This document shows, piece after piece, positions 44,759-54,422 of a stretch of DNA of 64,000 bases. The notes under the pieces are model-generated. The model was not told the DNA's origin, searched no databases, and worked only from the letters and a program-made list of their open reading frames with translations. Both the position numbers and the translations under genes were made by a program. The stretch spans positions 140,603-204,602 of the forward strand of contig CADBGE010000001.1 in assembly GCA_902794075.1 (NCBI GenBank), written 5' to 3'. Each line of letters starts with the position of its first letter. Position 1 is the first letter of the stretch. The DNA comes from an uncultured Erysipelotrichaceae bacterium. Lineage in GTDB: Bacteria > Bacillota_I > Bacilli_A > RF39 > UBA660.

Positions 44759-45400
44759 TTATTCTGCCCAGTCAGGTACTTGTATATTCGGGCATCTATA
44801 AAATGCATCCCTCGATGAAATATCTCCTAAATAATCTGACCATTTTGATATATCTACATTTTTAAGAACTTTACATCCATTAAATGCATTGTCAAATATT
44901 TCTAAATTTTCTGGTTCCCATTCCGAAACATCACCTATCGTTTCAAGTGAATTACAGTAATAGAATATTTTTTCCATATCTTTTACTTTGTTGACTTTCC
45001 AATTTGTCAAATCAAGTTTTTTAAGAGATTTACAGAATCTGAACATACATTCCATGTCTGTAACATTAGACACATCAAAATTCGATACATCAACATTTTC
45101 TAATTCTAAACATGCCTGAAACATACCACCCATGTACTTTGCATTTTCAGTGTTCCATTCTTCAATATGTATTTTCTTTGTTTTTCTTAATTCAGAAAAT
45201 ATATATGAACTAAATATATCTGAAAAATCCTTTATAGAAGATACATCAATATCATTTAAATATAATTCCTCTGGGTTTTTAGTCAAACGTTTAGATATTA
45301 TGCCACGTAATTGTTGTTTAGATACGACATCTATTGTGTTATTTTTAAATGACTTGTTGATTATTAGTCTTTCATCTATATATGTCTTTAATGATTTCAT
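44759..45400 (-). CDS. BspA/DUF285-type leucine-rich-repeat protein with CTS-like leader
   Basis: Starts MKSLKTYIDERLIINKSF. Repeats include FDVSNVTDMECMFRFCKSLKKLDLTNWKVNKVKDMEKIFYYCNSLETIGDVSEW. Confidence 0.75.
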   Translation of the reverse strand: MKSLKTYIDERLIINKSFKNNTIDVVSKQQLRGIISKRLTKNPEELYLNDIDVSSIKDFSDIFSSYIFSELRKTKKIHIEEWNTENAKYMGGMFQACLELENVDVSNFDVSNVTDMECMFRFCKSLKKLDLTNWKVNKVKDMEKIFYYCNSLETIGDVSEWEPENLEIFDNAFNGCKVLKNVDISKWSDYLGDISSRDAFYRCPNIQVPDWAE

Positions 45401-45669
45401 TTTATTCTACACCAAATTGTTTGACCCCATTTGACTGCATCACCAATTTCTGCCTGCCAAATCTTTGCAGTAACACGGTCAGTTGTACGTTCATCATCAC
45501 CAGTTATATCATCTTCTGAATCATACGATACTACATCAACAATCATATCATTCCCGTAATATATCATAAATACACGTGTATCTGCACCTGACTGCTTAAT
45601 AAGTTCTGATACATCAATATCGTTCTTAATATGATTATATTCTGTAATATACTTTACTAAGTTCTTCAT
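45397..45669 (-). CDS. hypothetical small protein with CTS-like leader (MKNLVKYITEY)
   Basis: 90-aa ORF with an ATGA overlap to the downstream LRR gene. Confidence 0.5.
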   Translation of the reverse strand: MKNLVKYITEYNHIKNDIDVSELIKQSGADTRVFMIYYGNDMIVDVVSYDSEDDITGDDERTTDRVTAKIWQAEIGDAVKWGQTIWCRIK

Positions 45670-45717
45670 TATATATTATTTAATATTTTATTTAAGATAT
45701 TTAATTAAAAATATTTT

Positions 45718-46122
45718 TCAGAACACAATCTTTGATTCACGTTCAACATTCTTTAAGCTGTCTGAACTATGCATTGCGTTTTTCATCTCTGACTTACCCC
45801 ATACATCTCTGGCCTTGTCCTTGAGTTTCTTCATTTCTTTAATAGGGTCTCCACAGTCTTTATGACAAGTGCAGCATATGCAATCATCGCTAGACATATA
45901 GTTGCACAGGTCCTTATAAAAGTCTTTGTCCTTGTGCATTTTATAAAGTTCTTCTGCTTGTTCATGTGTTAGTTTTAATTTCTTTTTCTGAACGATCTGC
46001 CAATCGTTGTTCTTTAGCATATCAAGCCATTGCTGTTCATATTTTAAGAATTCTGGCTTAAGAATTACAAATGCGTTAAGTTCTGCATTTTGCTCTTTTA
46101 TGAATTGGGTAAATGTTTTCAT
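45718..46122 (-). CDS. ndk: nucleoside diphosphate kinase-like protein with CTS-like leader
   Basis: FVILKPE, KLKLTHEQAEELYKMHKDKDFYKDLCNYMSS and NAMHSSDSLKNVERESKIVF are collinear with E. coli Ndk IIKPN, [31 protein letters not shown] and [20 protein letters not shown]. Starts MKTFTQFIKEQ. Confidence 0.75.
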   Translation of the reverse strand: MKTFTQFIKEQNAELNAFVILKPEFLKYEQQWLDMLKNNDWQIVQKKKLKLTHEQAEELYKMHKDKDFYKDLCNYMSSDDCICCTCHKDCGDPIKEMKKLKDKARDVWGKSEMKNAMHSSDSLKNVERESKIVF

Positions 46123-49100
46123 CCTATTCTTATTATACCGTATTTCTTATATTGTTGAGTTGAGATTCTGTCAAGACTATATCTATAAGTCACATCATAG
46201 TATCCTTTAACATATTCATCATTATACATAGGAACATCAAATATGCACATATCTATATTAGATTTTGACGTATGCATATTTTTGTCAATAGCAAAGCTAA
46301 CAGGAGTCAGTTCCCATTTACTGCTCTTGAATATGTCTATTGGCAGCCTTTCATTATTAATTACCTTACCAACTATTATATCATCAGTATTAAAATGATA
46401 CTTGCCATTCTTTGATGAATATACATATCTATTTACTAAGAATTTCTTTGTAGATGCAACTTTGACTAATTTATATTGATTATTGTTTTTAGAAGTAAAC
46501 ACAATATCATCATCAGCAGAATAATCATATAATGTCATTGACTTATCACATGTATCCTTAGAAATATATATAATATACCAATGCTTAATGTCATGCATTA
46601 GATACATATCATATTCAATTAAGTTTTTATCAATGTTTAAATCACTAATTGCATCAATACTGTTTATATTATATTCACTTAATTCTAGTATTGTGTTTTT
46701 CTCAAAGAATTCATTATATAAATCTATTACTGATTGTGAACGTCTACAGTCTCCATATTTATACGTAGTATCACCAATTGTATAATCAACAAATTCATCT
46801 GTTTCATACGAATCATTATTAAATGAATCTAATGGATATTCCAATTTATCATAATCCTTATAAGTTAATCTTATTGTTGGATTTATGTCAATTTCAAATT
46901 TTTCAGAATTTTCAGTCGTTTTAGATATTGGTATTGCTACAAAAAATGCTATGAATTCATCATATGTTCTAATGATTGGTTCATTATTTTCATTATTATA
47001 TATATGATTTATAGTATTATTTACTAAATCACAATCAATATAGCATTTTGTGTTTTCATTATGTTTTAATATTCCTTTAATAGTAAATATGTCATCATAA
47101 TATTCATATCCTGAATTTCCGTCATAGGTCCATCTTGCTCGTAAAACTGTCTTTATTTTGACATTTGCGTTTTCTGAAGAATCATTTGTCTGATTACTAT
47201 CTATTTTAAAGTTTATGTCAATTTTGTTATTATTATGATCTTCTATATATTTATCAGAATAATCGTCAAAAACATTAGTATTTTCATAATTCTTTATAGA
47301 ATTAATTAATCTTGATGTTACATTTAAAATCAATAATTTTCTATATGACAATATATGTTTAATATCCTCATCATTATTTGAATCGATATTTGGTTCAATT
47401 AGTTCTATAAAATCATTATCATTATTATAAGTTATGTATTGTATAGTATCATCCACGTCTTTAATGTCAACCCAATCAAATCCTGGTTGATTAATTAATG
47501 TAGGATGATTAAATAGTCTATCAAAGTTTTTATCTATATCTGAATAGAATGGTGTAAGAATTACATTTTTATTATTTATTAAAGCAGTATACACACCATT
47601 TGATAATGTTGCCTCACCTGTGTATATATGCTGAATGTTATTCACAAGTTTATTTATTATTGAGAAAAATCTTATTCTAATTTCATATACATATTCATCA
47701 TTATTAACAGATAGATCATTTCTAAAATATTTACTTATAGTGTTAACATATTTTGAATATGATGGATTCTCAACCGTTTCTTCATTTGTAATACGAGACT
47801 TCTTTATTATTTCAGCTTTATAAATTACTGGTGTTTCATTAGAATCAACATTATCACGTTCAATATATAATGAACCTTCTTTATTCTTTAATTTATATTG
47901 TATTCCATCTCCATTTTCTGACATATCAGATATGATAGTATTTTCTGATGTAAGTATATAATTTAATTCATCAAAAGTTTTAACATCTATATAATATGAA
48001 TACACTGGTCTAGATTCCTCGTCTAAACCTACATATGAAAATTGTTTTTCATTTCCAATTATACTTATGCTATCTGATGAAAATACTCCAGTTGGCATAC
48101 CGTCTTGTATCTTTTCATAATATACATATCCTGTTGGCATTATAGACATTTCTTCATTATTTCCATAATCGATCCAATCACCTTCATATGCAGAATATAT
48201 AGTTAGATCATCATGTGTATTGACATAACTATTATATACATTAGTATCTTCTAATCCTGAAACAAATGACTTATTGTCTGTAGTTCTTTCATCTGAATTT
48301 GTTAATAAATTATAAGTATATCCAGTTATATGTATAAGATTTCCGCTTAAGAAATTTTCATGCTTAAATCTTACACCATGATACATCATATCTATATTGT
48401 TCTGTAAATATAATATGTTGTCACCAGTATGTTCATTTAATCTATATAAATCATAAACATGAATCTGATTTAGATATTTATATTTATTAGTTATGTTATG
48501 TGTTTCAATATACTGTTGAGCTAAAGTGGATGCGTCACTTCTTAATGATTCTTTTACTGAAAATTTCAATTTTCCTGTAGGCGTATCAACCTCATATGTA
48601 TTAGTATCAGAATCATATTTAAATAACTTATAATTATTAGGATCATTTTTTATAGAAACTGTGTCAGTCACATCGTTTTCAAATATTAATGTTTCTGTAT
48701 CAGTTCCAAGTATTTCATATGTATTATTATTACCGAGTTCAGCAAATACATATAGCATATTTGGATCTATGAATAAGTAGAACAATACATCGTAATTAAA
48801 ATATTTTCTTGGTATCACCAAATCTTTACCAACGTTTTCATTACTTATATATATTCTTTGTGAATATGTTTCATTTGTATTGTCATCTTTTATTTTTACA
48901 TCAATGTACTGACAAAATTCTCCTGCAGGAATTAAACTGCCATCTATATATCTTGCTGAACTAATATTTATATATTTTAAAAAGTTCTCTAAGAAGTTTA
49001 TATCATTAACTCGTGCAAGTCTTGGTTCATGCATAAATGAATTAAATGATAAAGATGTATAGTCTAATTTATTTAATTGATTAAATCTTGTAGAATATTT

Positions 49101-51440
49101 TAATTCATCATCATAGTATTTATATATTAATCTACCAAAATCAATATTGATGTCTGGCATTCTTATGGTAAATTCATAAGAATGCCATGTATTGTTCACA
49201 AGCATTCTAAGTCTGAATTTACTATTGATGAAATAAGTAATGTCAATGTTTTTATTCGTTAGTTTGTTTCCATGAACATTTGTCAATATGTCGGTTGAAA
49301 CATTGTTAAACATTTTAGGATATATGACAAAATCATTATATTCATTATGCTTAGGATTAAATGTAAAATCAGATTCATAAAATATGTTTGATGATGGAGA
49401 ATATCTTATATTGATGTCTGATGTTATATCATATAATGAATTATTACTATCTTCTATTATGCACTTACTTATTTTGTCATTCGGTATTCTAAATCGCAAT
49501 AAAAGATTACTATATTCAACAATTTTGCATTCTGCTGAATTATTTAAAATATCTTCATTAATTTCATCTAAACCTGGTATATATAATGTTACTTTTCCAA
49601 TATTTATATATCGAGATTTATCAGTTATGTCATATTCTTGGTCATTATGAGTAAATTTATACTTATTTTTAGAACCATCCCATTTTAAATCTACTCTATA
49701 TGTTTTGTCATTTGTTAATATTTCTTTAAGTGAATTTAATCCATGAAAATATGTTGAATAAGTTTTTCCATCATCAACTGAATATGAAACTCTAATGTTG
49801 TTTAAATCAATTTCGTGATTAGTAATATCATATATATGAAGTGTGTCATCATAAAGATTTATTTCTTTATTAACATATAATACATTATCTGTTTCTGATG
49901 TTAGTTTTTCAAGAATTAAATGAACTTTATACTGCTCATCATTATATATTGGATTATTAAATTCATCAACACCATACTTCAGAAACTTTATTGGAATATT
50001 AGCACACGTGTCATGAATATAATATATATCTCTATCTTGTGAATATTCATTTAAGGAATCGTATTTCCATTCATTAAATAATTCATCAACATAATGGACT
50101 TGTTCAGTTAGCCATATTTCATTATTCATTGGAAATTCAACATAAGGATCATTCCAAAGACCCATTTTAACAATAGGCTCAGTGATATGTTCAGACGAAC
50201 TACATATCATTTTAATGTCATTTGCATATACCTTATGATGCAATGATGCATTATGAATTGACAAATGAACAGGTAAGAAAAAATGCTCGTAATAATATTT
50301 TAATGTAGCTAATTTATAAAGAAGTTCAGTAATGATAAAATCATAATATGATCTATAATAATATGTTTCTTCACCAACACCACCATATTTTACTGGTATT
50401 TGCTTATCAAATAGGTTTTCAAGCTCTGGCTGATTTTCACCTATAAAATCTTTACTAAGATCATAATCATTATATTTTCCTGTTTCTTTATTTTCCCATA
50501 CAATAAGTGACAGCATTGTTGAATTAATGAAATGCTTAAATGAATCCAATATGTCAGAACTTGTGTCAAAATAGTCTCTCACAAACTGTATCATAAACTG
50601 ATTGTCTGTTTCAAGAAGAGATACTAATTCAATCTTATCACCCCAGCCAAACCATTTTAACGATTGTATTGCAGAGTTATAATTACCTATCTCACCACGA
50701 ATCTGCATATACTCAAGAAGATACTCTTTTAGTTTTTCATTATATAATACTTCATCAAATTCTCCATTAAAATATGAACCATTATATACAGCTCTAAGTA
50801 TTTCATGCGGAAGACGAACTCCCATGTTTTGTCCGTTTATATATAATATTTCACTTTCATCATTAAATTCTGCACCAACAGTTATATAGCAATATTCATA
50901 TGAAATATAATAATTATCAGTGATGTCATCATTTTCATTGTCATTTTTCTCTACAATAGAATGACTAGCTTTTATAAGAATGTTTGTAGCAAATGATCCA
51001 ACTTCAGATGAAGTGCCCATTACATAAAATGGGTATATGTATTTTTCTATAAATTTTGAATTTGATGTTTTATGAGATGATTTTACTTTTAATTCAATAA
51101 TATCATTAATACCATTATTACCATTATTAGAATCATATGATAGAACATTTTTAAAATCAGTTTCATCTATGGTTAATACACCATTTTTAAACTTGTCAAC
51201 AGCGTCTTTAGAACTCAACAAAGCAAATACACGTGATTCTAAAGATATTTCAAGTGTAGATATTTTTTCATCAAAAATTATATATATTGGTCTAATGTAA
51301 AAATTATTTACAGAACAATAAGAATGATCTTTGTTATCTATCCAAAACACATACTTATTCTTATAATATTCATATCCAATTGGTCTATAATTAAATGACT
51401 GTTGATAAAATGTATGTCCTGATGAATCTACAAAATACAT
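46119..51440 (-). CDS. giant (1773 aa) hypothetical protein, probably baseplate/tail-fibre structural
   Basis: Uninterrupted 5.3-kb ORF with N/Y/D/I-rich composition. No catalytic motif recognised. The structural assignment rests on size and context only. Confidence 0.35.
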   Translation of the reverse strand: MYFVDSSGHTFYQQSFNYRPIGYEYYKNKYVFWIDNKDHSYCSVNNFYIRPIYIIFDEKISTLEISLESRVFALLSSKDAVDKFKNGVLTIDETDFKNVLSYDSNNGNNGINDIIELKVKSSHKTSNSKFIEKYIYPFYVMGTSSEVGSFATNILIKASHSIVEKNDNENDDITDNYYISYEYCYITVGAEFNDESEILYINGQNMGVRLPHEILRAVYNGSYFNGEFDEVLYNEKLKEYLLEYMQIRGEIGNYNSAIQSLKWFGWGDKIELVSLLETDNQFMIQFVRDYFDTSSDILDSFKHFINSTMLSLIVWENKETGKYNDYDLSKDFIGENQPELENLFDKQIPVKYGGVGEETYYYRSYYDFIITELLYKLATLKYYYEHFFLPVHLSIHNASLHHKVYANDIKMICSSSEHITEPIVKMGLWNDPYVEFPMNNEIWLTEQVHYVDELFNEWKYDSLNEYSQDRDIYYIHDTCANIPIKFLKYGVDEFNNPIYNDEQYKVHLILEKLTSETDNVLYVNKEINLYDDTLHIYDITNHEIDLNNIRVSYSVDDGKTYSTYFHGLNSLKEILTNDKTYRVDLKWDGSKNKYKFTHNDQEYDITDKSRYINIGKVTLYIPGLDEINEDILNNSAECKIVEYSNLLLRFRIPNDKISKCIIEDSNNSLYDITSDINIRYSPSSNIFYESDFTFNPKHNEYNDFVIYPKMFNNVSTDILTNVHGNKLTNKNIDITYFINSKFRLRMLVNNTWHSYEFTIRMPDINIDFGRLIYKYYDDELKYSTRFNQLNKLDYTSLSFNSFMHEPRLARVNDINFLENFLKYINISSARYIDGSLIPAGEFCQYIDVKIKDDNTNETYSQRIYISNENVGKDLVIPRKYFNYDVLFYLFIDPNMLYVFAELGNNNTYEILGTDTETLIFENDVTDTVSIKNDPNNYKLFKYDSDTNTYEVDTPTGKLKFSVKESLRSDASTLAQQYIETHNITNKYKYLNQIHVYDLYRLNEHTGDNILYLQNNIDMMYHGVRFKHENFLSGNLIHITGYTYNLLTNSDERTTDNKSFVSGLEDTNVYNSYVNTHDDLTIYSAYEGDWIDYGNNEEMSIMPTGYVYYEKIQDGMPTGVFSSDSISIIGNEKQFSYVGLDEESRPVYSYYIDVKTFDELNYILTSENTIISDMSENGDGIQYKLKNKEGSLYIERDNVDSNETPVIYKAEIIKKSRITNEETVENPSYSKYVNTISKYFRNDLSVNNDEYVYEIRIRFFSIINKLVNNIQHIYTGEATLSNGVYTALINNKNVILTPFYSDIDKNFDRLFNHPTLINQPGFDWVDIKDVDDTIQYITYNNDNDFIELIEPNIDSNNDEDIKHILSYRKLLILNVTSRLINSIKNYENTNVFDDYSDKYIEDHNNNKIDINFKIDSNQTNDSSENANVKIKTVLRARWTYDGNSGYEYYDDIFTIKGILKHNENTKCYIDCDLVNNTINHIYNNENNEPIIRTYDEFIAFFVAIPISKTTENSEKFEIDINPTIRLTYKDYDKLEYPLDSFNNDSYETDEFVDYTIGDTTYKYGDCRRSQSVIDLYNEFFEKNTILELSEYNINSIDAISDLNIDKNLIEYDMYLMHDIKHWYIIYISKDTCDKSMTLYDYSADDDIVFTSKNNNQYKLVKVASTKKFLVNRYVYSSKNGKYHFNTDDIIVGKVINNERLPIDIFKSSKWELTPVSFAIDKNMHTSKSNIDMCIFDVPMYNDEYVKGYYDVTYRYSLDRISTQQYKKYGIIRIG

Positions 51441-51460
51441 ATGTAAAAGTTAATATAAAA

Positions 51461-51700
51461 TTAATAAATTTCGGTGATGTTTTTAAAATTCTTTAACTTA
51501 TCTATATACTTAAATAACATAATTATACGCATATCTATAAATTGCAAAAATGTCACAAGTATAGAATTACCTTTAAAGAATATCTTAGGCAATGTTTTAG
51601 TCAATATACCGTTCTTCTCATAATCATATTTATTGTCATTTAAAAAAATGAAATTTTTTCTATAATTATGTCGTACATCAAGTTCAGATTTAAAGTCCAT
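51461..51700 (-). CDS. hypothetical small protein
   Basis: 79-aa ORF with the promoter-like motif 30 nt upstream. It is directly followed by the 1773-aa gene. Confidence 0.35.
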   Translation of the reverse strand: MDFKSELDVRHNYRKNFIFLNDNKYDYEKNGILTKTLPKIFFKGNSILVTFLQFIDMRIIMLFKYIDKLKNFKNITEIY

Positions 51701-51729
51701 AATAAAATAAAAAAGAAATACTTTTAACC

Positions 51730-51742
51730 TATAATTAAAAAT
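51730..51742 (-). promoter_or_regulatory. conserved intergenic motif, putative promoter
   Basis: tataattaaaaat lies 30 nt upstream of the ATG at 51700. Confidence 0.4.
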
Positions 51743-51865
51743 ATTTCTTTAAACAGAAAACAAAATATTTCTTTAAACAGAAAATTCATTTTTTTTAAAA
51801 TGATATTTCTTTTGTTGTATTGAAAAGAAAACAAAATATTTCTTTAAACAGAAAATTCATTTTTT
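51738..51865. repeat. 40-nt perfect direct repeat (51755..51794, 51826..51865) plus a third 23-nt partial copy
   Basis: agaaaacaaaatatttctttaaacagaaaattcatttttt occurs twice. The second copy spans the stop codon of the 171-aa gene. Confidence 0.8.
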
Positions 51866-52372
51866 CTGTATTACGATATTACTTGAACTATAATTTGTAT
51901 CTTGAAAATTATCACCCCAAATTATAATGTAATAGTTATAAGTATTTAATACATATACACTGTTATGTCCATCATTTTTATAATTATAATAACATAGCCA
52001 TTTATCACTTATATGTTGTTCACAATATTCAGACATTTTTAAAAACAATTTATAATAAAAAGAATTGACATTAACAAATCCTATGGCCATAAATATTTTG
52101 TTTTTACTATTAAATAAGTTTTCTTCTTTTATTACATTTAAAACAGCTAATCTCTGCTTTCTTTCATTAAATATGTCTTCTATTATATTTTCAATATGTT
52201 TTTCTTTTTTTATTGTAGCGTCTTTGTTTGTTAAAATATATTCAATGTCATCTTCAAATTTATCACAAAAATCATCACTTAAATTTTTATAATCTTTGTT
52301 GATGACAAGTTTTTCAGATAATGAAATCAAAGATGATTTATTATCTTTTATATGTTTAACAAGTGATTTCAT
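51857..52372 (-). CDS. hypothetical protein with extended CTS-like leader (paralog group)
   Basis: Starts MKSLVKHIKDNKSSLISLSEKLVINKDYKN and ends ..NIVIQKK, like its neighbour (..HIVIQYK). Confidence 0.6.
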   Translation of the reverse strand: MKSLVKHIKDNKSSLISLSEKLVINKDYKNLSDDFCDKFEDDIEYILTNKDATIKKEKHIENIIEDIFNERKQRLAVLNVIKEENLFNSKNKIFMAIGFVNVNSFYYKLFLKMSEYCEQHISDKWLCYYNYKNDGHNSVYVLNTYNYYIIIWGDNFQDTNYSSSNIVIQKK

Positions 52373-52429
52373 AATTTAATTACTTATATTGAATTATTAC
52401 ATAATTTAATTATTTATATTGAATTACTA
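52370..52429. repeat. 30-nt tandem duplication at the junction of two paralogous genes
   Basis: cataatttaattacttatattgaattatta / cataatttaattatttatattgaattacta. Confidence 0.75.
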
Positions 52430-52931
52430 TATGACCATCGGAAAATTTAGAATAATGGATATCTGTATTTCCATCTAAAAAAATTAATGCTTTATTACTA
52501 TTTATTACATATGTACATGTAAAGCCCTCCTTACATATTAATATATCATCTGCTGCATAAAGTTCATCTTTATTGTCTTTTATATATTCTATGAATTTTT
52601 CCCAAACCTTACATGCTTCTGTATTTGCAGGATTAGAAACACTATGCCAAGCAACACCTTTATAACACGGATTATTTTTTGTTCCATATCTGTTAAATAC
52701 ATAAATAATGTCACGTCTTAATCCATCCGACCATCTTGACTTTGGATACAAACATAAATCTATACTGTCTAATTCCTTAAAGAAATTATCTTTAAATAAT
52801 GAGTCTATGTCTTCTTTAAAGTTATTATAAAAATCTAAATCATACTTATAATCTTTATTTATGACAAGTTTTTCAGATAATGAAATCAAAGATGATTTAT
52901 TATTTTTTATGTGTTCTGTTAATGTTTTCAT
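52410..52931 (-). CDS. hypothetical protein with extended CTS-like leader (paralog group)
   Basis: Starts MKTLTEHIKNNKSSLISLSEKLVINKDYKY. A tandem 30-nt duplication lies at the junction with the next gene. Confidence 0.6.
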   Translation of the reverse strand: MKTLTEHIKNNKSSLISLSEKLVINKDYKYDLDFYNNFKEDIDSLFKDNFFKELDSIDLCLYPKSRWSDGLRRDIIYVFNRYGTKNNPCYKGVAWHSVSNPANTEACKVWEKFIEYIKDNKDELYAADDILICKEGFTCTYVINSNKALIFLDGNTDIHYSKFSDGHIVIQYK

Positions 52932-53479
52932 ATTGCGTTTTCTTTAATCTTTTCAAATGCATAATTTATTAATCTGAAATCTTCATCCGTTATACTATAG
53001 CACTCATCATATTTAAGATAAGATTTTAATGATCGTATTGAAGCACCATTACTATTAAAGAAACCTTCAAATCTTATATTGTTTTTGTTTGTTACATTTA
53101 TCCAATACTGTTCAAGATCATTATTTGCATCTGCTCCAAGTATTAAGAAAACACCAAATGTTCCCTTTGAATGAACAATCAGTGTTGGCTTAAAACGATT
53201 CTTTTCTGGGTTATATCGACGAATAGCTGTAGATGATCCTATCTTTTTAGCCTTATCAAGTATTGGTGAAATAATAGTATCAAAGAATACGTCACAATCT
53301 TTTGATATATAAATTTCTTGACCACTGTCAACAAGGCCAGTTCCTTTACCAACTGGTTCCATCGTCCAATCATAATTATTAATAATTTTGTTAACTATTG
53401 GATCATATTTACTACTAGGGTTAGTATAATCTTTGTTGATGATTAATTTTTCTGATATGTATTCAATTAATGATTTCAT
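52928..53479 (-). CDS. hypothetical protein with CTS-like leader
   Basis: Starts MKSLIEYISEKLIINKDYTNP. It has an ATGA overlap with the downstream paralog. Confidence 0.6.
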   Translation of the reverse strand: MKSLIEYISEKLIINKDYTNPSSKYDPIVNKIINNYDWTMEPVGKGTGLVDSGQEIYISKDCDVFFDTIISPILDKAKKIGSSTAIRRYNPEKNRFKPTLIVHSKGTFGVFLILGADANNDLEQYWINVTNKNNIRFEGFFNSNGASIRSLKSYLKYDECYSITDEDFRLINYAFEKIKENAI

Positions 53480-53498
53480 ATTATAATTTTTGTTAATT

Positions 53499-54350
53499 TT
53501 AAATAGTATTGGTGTTAAAGAAGTAATCTGCAGAATGATTCATCTTAATTCTCTCATCAATCTTATCCATTTCTGTTTCTGCCATATCACGGAATACCTG
53601 ATAATTCAATGTTACATTACCTGCAAGTTTGAACTCAAATGTACCCATGATGACTGCCATGCTTCTTAACCCAAGACATACACAATATCTAAAGAAGTCA
53701 TAGTTCTTATACATATCCTGTATTTTACATCTAATATATACTTGAAGAATTAAATCAGAATGTCCAAGTGCTCCAAGAACAACTAACTTGTTGGACATAT
53801 AATTGTAGTTAAATGTCAAGGGCGACTCAAACATACTTTTATAAGTTGACACCTCATAAAGTGCTGCTGTAACATCCGTAAGATTATAGCCTGTACCGCT
53901 GCCGAATACATCAGATAATGTTCCACCTGCACCGGACGCAAGTGCTGAATTGTTCAATATCATTCTTTCAAGTGAGAAATCACCCATGACTCCATAATTA
54001 AATGTATCAGTTGTCTTATATACTCCAAATACAGATATTACACGAGGTGGAAGAGTTACAATGTTATTTGGCCCACATTTCATGAATTCCTTATATGGAA
54101 GACATAAATATCTTTCCTCGATGCAAACATCATCTGTGTCCCAAAAGTGCTGAGCAGCCTGTATAATCAACGGAGGTATAGCTGACGCGGGTACAGGAAT
54201 TGGAAGTGCACATGATTGAGTTAATTCTTGAACTATACGCTGAACAAATGCATAATCAGCTTGGTCCTCCATCTGATTTTTCATCTTAATATATTCCTGC
54301 ATTGACACGTCAGATGCTTGGGTTCCATTATTTTGTGTTATACATGCCAT
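53499..54350 (-). CDS. hypothetical protein, possibly virion (neck/head-completion type)
   Basis: Intact 283-aa ORF with the promoter-like motif upstream. It has a less AT-biased, structural-protein-like composition. No motif recognised. Confidence 0.3.
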   Translation of the reverse strand: MACITQNNGTQASDVSMQEYIKMKNQMEDQADYAFVQRIVQELTQSCALPIPVPASAIPPLIIQAAQHFWDTDDVCIEERYLCLPYKEFMKCGPNNIVTLPPRVISVFGVYKTTDTFNYGVMGDFSLERMILNNSALASGAGGTLSDVFGSGTGYNLTDVTAALYEVSTYKSMFESPLTFNYNYMSNKLVVLGALGHSDLILQVYIRCKIQDMYKNYDFFRYCVCLGLRSMAVIMGTFEFKLAGNVTLNYQVFRDMAETEMDKIDERIKMNHSADYFFNTNTI

Positions 54351-54393
54351 TTTTTGAATTTTTTAACAAATATTTATATTTTATATAATTAAC

Positions 54394-54407
54394 TATATAT
54401 TAAAAAT
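54394..54407 (-). promoter_or_regulatory. conserved intergenic motif, putative promoter
   Basis: tatatattaaaaat lies in a divergent intergenic region, 44 nt upstream of the ATG at 54350. Confidence 0.4.
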
Positions 54408-54422
54408 ATTTTAACATTTACA

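Noticed and set aside
45718-46122. The CICCTCHKDC cluster in the NDK-like protein as a metal-binding site.
   Set aside because: It aligns with the hydrophobic beta-strand (PVVAMVWEG region) of canonical NDKs. It is more likely buried Cys substitutions than a metal cluster.
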